Shown here piece after piece: positions 36,466 through 40,150 of a stretch of 40,150 nt of DNA. A program made the position numbers and the translations under genes. Within the stretch, counting starts at the first letter, position 1. The number at the start of each line of letters is the position of its first letter. This stretch comes from a virus: the UHGV virus genome UHGV-0075716; one strand, given 5' to 3'. The notes beneath the pieces were generated by a model. That model made no database searches. It was given only the letters and a program-made list of their open reading frames with translations, and had not been told where the DNA came from.

Positions 36466-36931
36466 AATTGCCAATGAATACGCAAAGCTGATAGATTCAG
36501 ATTTAGAGCCAGAGATGATTGCTGACACAATAGAAGGCATGGAAGGAGAATTTACCGATAAAATAGAGCAACTTCTTGCCATTATTAAAAATGAATCTGG
36601 TTATGCTGAACGCCTCAAGGAAGAGGCACAGTCACTAAATGAGCGAGCCGCAGTAATTCAAAATAAGATTGACAGCATTATGGCGTATATAGCGTCATCG
36701 CTTGAAATGGTTGGCAAGAAAAAGATTCGAGCAGGTATTCACCAGGTAACAATCCGCAAACCGTCAGAAACTGTAGAAATCATCGACTCAAGCGCCCTTC
36801 CTCCTGAATACGTTGAGTTTGAAACGACAATTAAAGCCGACAAACTGGCAATCAAACACCAACTAAAAGCAGGAATAAATATCCCCGGCGCTCAACTCAA
36901 AGTTGGGAAACCTTCACTTCTTATCAAATAA
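36443..36931 (+). CDS. Recombination-module protein (Gp157/Gam-like, coiled-coil N-terminus); start possibly GTG 36449
   Basis: 162 aa directly after recT; coiled-coil then ...ALPPEYVEF...AIKHQLKAGINIPGAQL pattern. Confidence 0.45.
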   Translation: MPVSKLYEIANEYAKLIDSDLEPEMIADTIEGMEGEFTDKIEQLLAIIKNESGYAERLKEEAQSLNERAAVIQNKIDSIMAYIASSLEMVGKKKIRAGIHQVTIRKPSETVEIIDSSALPPEYVEFETTIKADKLAIKHQLKAGINIPGAQLKVGKPSLLIK

Positions 36932-36942
36932 CGGTATCGCCT

Positions 36943-37257
36943 ATGAAAAAGACTCCATGGGAGAAATGGGAAGTCGATTTCTTGCGCGAAGTAGCGGCGA
37001 CAATGCCAGTTGGAGTTATCGCTGAAAAACTGGAAAGGACTGAAAAAGCAGTAATGGCGAAAGCAACAAGGATTGGCGCTGACATTGTTAGCCGACTTCG
37101 TGGAAGACGATGGACAAGAGCCGAAGTATCACTTTTCGGTAAGTTCTCCGCAGAAGAAATAGCAATTGCAACCTGCCGCTCAATTTATTCGGTAAGGGCT
37201 ATGCGATACAAGCTAAAAAAACTCGATGAAAAAAGAGCAGGCATACAAATAAATTAA
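36943..37257 (+). CDS. Hypothetical protein
   Basis: 104 aa ORF in ea region. Confidence 0.5.
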   Translation: MKKTPWEKWEVDFLREVAATMPVGVIAEKLERTEKAVMAKATRIGADIVSRLRGRRWTRAEVSLFGKFSAEEIAIATCRSIYSVRAMRYKLKKLDEKRAGIQIN

Positions 37258-37273
37258 CATGGAGTAATTAACA

Positions 37274-37555
37274 ATGAAGCTAAACATCGACCTCGGTAAA
37301 TACGTTATTACTGGAACAAAACACGACCTGATTCTTAATGAAAGAGGAATTATCAAAGAAGGTGAGAATGCAGGGAAAGAAACACTAAGCCGTATCGGTT
37401 ATTACAGCAAGTTTGAGCATCTGGTCAAAGAGTTATGCAACCGTGAAATCCTGTTATCTCAGGCGCAGACGCTACAGGATATTCAGCAGCATATCGAAAC
37501 TTTAGGTATGTCACTTAGCATGGCTATTGACCAGTTCGTGGAGAGTAAATCATGA
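37274..37555 (+). CDS. Hypothetical protein
   Basis: 93 aa ORF with AGGAG-like RBS. Confidence 0.5.
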   Translation: MKLNIDLGKYVITGTKHDLILNERGIIKEGENAGKETLSRIGYYSKFEHLVKELCNREILLSQAQTLQDIQQHIETLGMSLSMAIDQFVESKS

Positions 37556-37715
37556 GAGGACTTGCATACAATCCCGGCATTCTTCCAGCAGAAATGATTA
37601 TTCGCCAACGCGTAAAGCCAATGCCATCGAGAGAGGAATTACTTAAGCGAAACTCGTTTCCATCAGTGAATCAAAACAAACATCTGAATGCGATGTGGCG
37701 CAAAGGAGGCGACCA

Positions 37716-38213
37716 GTGAGCAAGATTGACTATCAGGCACTGCGTGAAGAATTTCAATACATGCAGGAGCATTACAGCGATCCTGCGGATCGTGAAAAAC
37801 AGGAACTTTATATTTACGCAGAAACGTTGCTGTATGAACTGGATAAAAGCCAGCAATACATAAAACGCCGCGACCAGGAGAACGAGGATATTGCGCTAAC
37901 GGTTGGGAGGCTGCGTGTTGAGCTGGAAGCAGCAAAAAAGCGCATAGCAGAACTGGAAGCCGAACCTGTAAGCCAAACTTACAAGTTGAACGAGCTGTCG
38001 GGCAACTATCCGGTAACTCCGGATGGTTGGATAAGCTGTAGTGAGCGAATGCCCGCTCAAGATGATTGGATTTTAATTTATTCAAAGCACGGCGAGTATA
38101 TGGCAGGACAGGTACAAGGGGAATACGTGGAGTTGAGCGACGGCACTTTATCGTGGTTAGGGAACGCCTTGTACTGGATGCCTCTACCGGAACCGCCGCA
38201 GGAGGTTAATTGA
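37716..38213 (+). CDS. Ead/Ea22-like protein with DUF551-like C-terminus (GTG start 37716 behind AAGGAGG; ORF track starts 37695)
   Basis: Coiled-coil N-terminal half; C-terminal [26 protein letters not shown]...WMPLPEPP. Confidence 0.5.
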   Translation: MSKIDYQALREEFQYMQEHYSDPADREKQELYIYAETLLYELDKSQQYIKRRDQENEDIALTVGRLRVELEAAKKRIAELEAEPVSQTYKLNELSGNYPVTPDGWISCSERMPAQDDWILIYSKHGEYMAGQVQGEYVELSDGTLSWLGNALYWMPLPEPPQEVN

Positions 38214-38497
38214 TGGTCTCCTTCGCGAAATATACGATTATTGACTGGATAGCATTCATTCAGGTTTTGCTCATCTGGTTTTATATGGCTTACAGGAGTG
38301 GACAGTGGATTGTCAGTGTAGCCTGTAGCAATGGATGGCGTTGGTGGAACCGAAAGAATAAAAAAGCGCTGGCCTTGGCTTCGTTTTACGAAGCATTCAA
38401 TCTTAACAGTCTTCAGCCTGGTTCTGTCGTTGTAGTCACCACTCAAAGCGGCATGACGATACAAATTCACAAGCCAAAGGAGGAAGGTCGTGGCTAA
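38210..38497 (+). CDS. Hypothetical small membrane-associated protein
   Basis: 95 aa; GGAGG upstream; hydrophobic N-terminal segment. Confidence 0.45.
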   Translation: MMVSFAKYTIIDWIAFIQVLLIWFYMAYRSGQWIVSVACSNGWRWWNRKNKKALALASFYEAFNLNSLQPGSVVVVTTQSGMTIQIHKPKEEGRG

Positions 38498-38774
38498 CCT
38501 GCAACTTGCCGTTAAAGGTGAATACTTCGATGCCATGATTCGCGGAGAGAAAACGGAAGAGTATCGCCTGTGTAATGACTACTGGAATAAGCGAATTATG
38601 TTCCGCGAGTATGACCGCCTGATTATCACAAAGGGATATCCGAAGCGCGACGATTCCAGCCGCAGAATTGACGTCCCGTATGAAGGGTATGAAATCAAGA
38701 CAATCACACATCCGCACTTCGGCGATAAACCGGTAAAGGTTTACGCGATAAAGGTAAATATCGGCAATAAATAA
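38490..38774 (+). CDS. ASCH (PUA-like) domain protein
   Basis: 94 aa; GEKTEEYR fits the ASCH GxKxxExR motif; GTG start behind AAGGAGGAAG. Confidence 0.55.
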   Translation: MANLQLAVKGEYFDAMIRGEKTEEYRLCNDYWNKRIMFREYDRLIITKGYPKRDDSSRRIDVPYEGYEIKTITHPHFGDKPVKVYAIKVNIGNK

Positions 38775-38816
38775 CAATCCTCGCACTCGCGGGGATTTCT
38801 TTTATATGGGGATAAT

Positions 38817-39617
38817 ATGACCATCCACTTTCACGGCAGCCCAATATGGGGGGATGAGCATGCCCCTACAGATATGCTGATTAAAGCCCTTTACCGTGAT
38901 GGTGGGGCTTTTGTTTCATTTGCCAGACCAGAGCAGATGAAAAAGATTGCCATGTTCCCTTGTGATATACGCCTTGATAACGGCGCTTTTAGCGACTGGA
39001 TGAAAGCATTAAAGAAAGGCACTCCGGTAGACTGGAGTAAGAGACGAGCAAAATTCTACGACTTTGTTGGGAAGTGGTTCAGCAGAATTGAATGGTTTCT
39101 TATACCTGACGTTATCGAAGGGACAGAGGCAGAAAACGACGAGCAGATTGAGTGTGTTCCTGATTGGCTAAAATCAAAAGCGGTTCCTGTCTGGCATACC
39201 GACGAATCAATTGAACGTCTTTTACGCCTTTCTGGCAAATTTGAATGGGTGGCGATTGGATGCTGCGGCCCACACAGGCACATACGCTCTAAATGGTGGG
39301 AACAGAGAATGGATGAAGTTTTCACTGAACTTTATATCAATCGTAATTTGAAAGTGAAAATTCATGGTCTTCGAATGCTCGACGTGAGAGTTCTTGGTAT
39401 GTATCCGTTCGCCAGTGCGGATTCTACTAATGTTGCTGTTAACGTACCGAAGACAGAGAAGCGATTTCCTGAGATTACCGACAAACTGGCACGTACAGCT
39501 GTACTTCGCGCTGCTATTGAAAAGGTGCACCCGCCATCGATATCAGCATGGGTAGACAGAAAGATGAGAGAGCCGGCGCAAGCCGGTTTTTTATTTGAAT
39601 TCACCGACGCCGCTTAA
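38817..39617 (+). CDS. Hypothetical 266-aa protein; possible TGT/DpdA-like (tRNA-guanine transglycosylase fold) enzyme - low confidence on function
   Basis: ORF is solid; function guess rests on weak motif similarity (IHFHGSP, IRLDNGAFSD vs TGT LTDSGGFQ, EWVAIGCCGP, KIHGLRMLD, PFASADS) and alternating beta/alpha pattern. Confidence 0.55.
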   Translation: MTIHFHGSPIWGDEHAPTDMLIKALYRDGGAFVSFARPEQMKKIAMFPCDIRLDNGAFSDWMKALKKGTPVDWSKRRAKFYDFVGKWFSRIEWFLIPDVIEGTEAENDEQIECVPDWLKSKAVPVWHTDESIERLLRLSGKFEWVAIGCCGPHRHIRSKWWEQRMDEVFTELYINRNLKVKIHGLRMLDVRVLGMYPFASADSTNVAVNVPKTEKRFPEITDKLARTAVLRAAIEKVHPPSISAWVDRKMREPAQAGFLFEFTDAA

Positions 39618-39674
39618 TGCGGATTTCTTTTATCTGAACTCGCTACGGCGAGTTTTGTTTTATGGAGATGATAA

Positions 39675-39842
39675 ATGCACTTCCAAGTCACAGGTGAATG
39701 GAATGGAGAGCCATTCAACAGGGTTATCGAAGCAGAGAACATCAACGACTGCTATAACCACTGGATGATATGGGCGCAGATAGCGCATGCAGACGTAACC
39801 AATATTCGAATTGAAGAACTGAAAGAACACCAATCCGCCTGA
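39675..39842 (+). CDS. Candidate 55-aa protein
   Basis: GGAG upstream; MHFQVTGEWNGEPFNRVIEAENINDCYNHWMIWAQIAHADVTNIRIEELKEHQSA; stop lies inside a terminator hairpin. Confidence 0.4.
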   Translation: MHFQVTGEWNGEPFNRVIEAENINDCYNHWMIWAQIAHADVTNIRIEELKEHQSA

Positions 39843-39856
39843 TGGCGGTTTTTTAT
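39834..39856 (+). terminator. Rho-independent terminator
   Basis: CCGCC-TGAT-GGCGG hairpin followed by T7. Confidence 0.6.
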
Positions 39857-39899
39857 TACCTGATTTGCAGGTTCGATTCCCTATTCGGAGATAGCACTC

Positions 39900-40100
39900 A
39901 TGCAACACGAACTACAGCCTGATTCCCTGGTTGATTTGAAATTCATCATGGCTGATACTGGCTTTGGTAAAACCTTCATCTACGACCGGATTAAGTCCGG
40001 CGACCTGCCAAAAGCCAAAGTTATCCACGGTCGAGCAAGATGGTTATATCGTGACCATTGTGAATTCAAAAATAAGCTCTTAAGCCGCGCCAATGGGTAA
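39900..40100 (+). CDS. xis: Excisionase/recombination directionality factor, AlpA/TorI-like
   Basis: 66 aa; HTH pattern ...GFGKTFIYDRIKSGDLPKAKVIHGRARW... typical of AlpA-family regulators; located at the opposite end of the element from int. Confidence 0.75.
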   Translation: MQHELQPDSLVDLKFIMADTGFGKTFIYDRIKSGDLPKAKVIHGRARWLYRDHCEFKNKLLSRANG

Positions 40101-40150
40101 AATAGCGGGTAAAATATTTCTCACATCTAAAAAACACCATTCCAATCAAT

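Larger units (their letters stand above)
1..40150. mobile_element. P22-like/lambdoid temperate phage genome (prophage), CUS-3/KplE1-like organisation
   Basis: Contiguous integrase, conversion gene, tailspike, P22-type virion module, lambda-type lysis/Q/nin, replication, immunity, early-left and excisionase genes fill the window with no host housekeeping genes. Confidence 0.9.

Noticed and set aside
39864-39882. tRNA gene
   Set aside because: Only a T-arm-like 16-mer is present; no D-arm, anticodon arm, acceptor stem or CCA end, so not annotated as a tRNA
39660-39908. 82-aa minus-strand ORF near the right end
   Set aside because: Antisense to the RBS-supported 55-aa plus ORF and to the terminator hairpin; would also run across the excisionase start region
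1-40150. Insertion sequences, transposases, toxin-antitoxin pairs, additional RNA genes
   Set aside because: No transposase-like ORF or terminal inverted repeats found; no convincing short toxin/antitoxin pair apart from the mnt-coupled protease discussed in findings; no rRNA/tRNA-length structured genes seen

Overview
The window is essentially one complete temperate phage genome (most likely an integrated prophage) of the P22-like/lambdoid podovirus type from an E. coli-like host. Almost every base is accounted for by phage genes.

Layout, left to right:
- 14-1207: P4/IntS-type tyrosine integrase (+).
- 1208-2341: low-GC cargo segment with a hexapeptide-repeat O-acetyltransferase whose 5' end carries 13 tandem heptanucleotide repeats; in this sequence the gene is out of frame (phase OFF).
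- 2342-5287: 981-aa tailspike, P22-type head-binding N-terminus fused to an endosialidase body (two Asp-boxes) and a C-terminal autochaperone domain.
- 5410-8439: immI-like ant/arc/mnt region, with a ClpP-family protease gene coupled to mnt and a lipoprotein/membrane-protein pair.
- 8436-22164: P22-type ejection proteins, tail needle, head-completion proteins, coat, scaffold, portal and terminase (all on the - strand).
- 22573-25948: KilA-N gene, lambda-type lysis cassette (S, R, Rz/Rz1), lambda Q with its late promoter and terminator.
- 25945-31038: nin region (ninH, rusA, ninF, ninE, a Dam-type methyltransferase, ninB), DnaB-type helicase, O-like initiator with internal origin iterons.
- 31219-33336: cII, cro, cI, PL/PR with a shared operator motif, nutL/nutR with P22-type boxB, N-like antiterminator.
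- 33358-40100: sieB, ral, cIII, RecT recombination module, accessory early genes and a 66-aa AlpA/TorI-like excisionase.

The combination of endosialidase tailspike, heptad-repeat acetyltransferase and argW/IntS-type integrase matches what is published for E. coli K1 prophage CUS-3. I recognise this from memory and cannot confirm it without a database search.

Candidate less-characterised items are the mnt-coupled ClpP-like protease, the lipoprotein/membrane pair at the sieA position, a sar-like antisense RNA, an ASCH plus possible TGT/DpdA-like gene pair, micro-ORFs, and GGGTAAAA motifs at both termini. All protein identifications come from reading the translations and recalling family signatures; no search was run.
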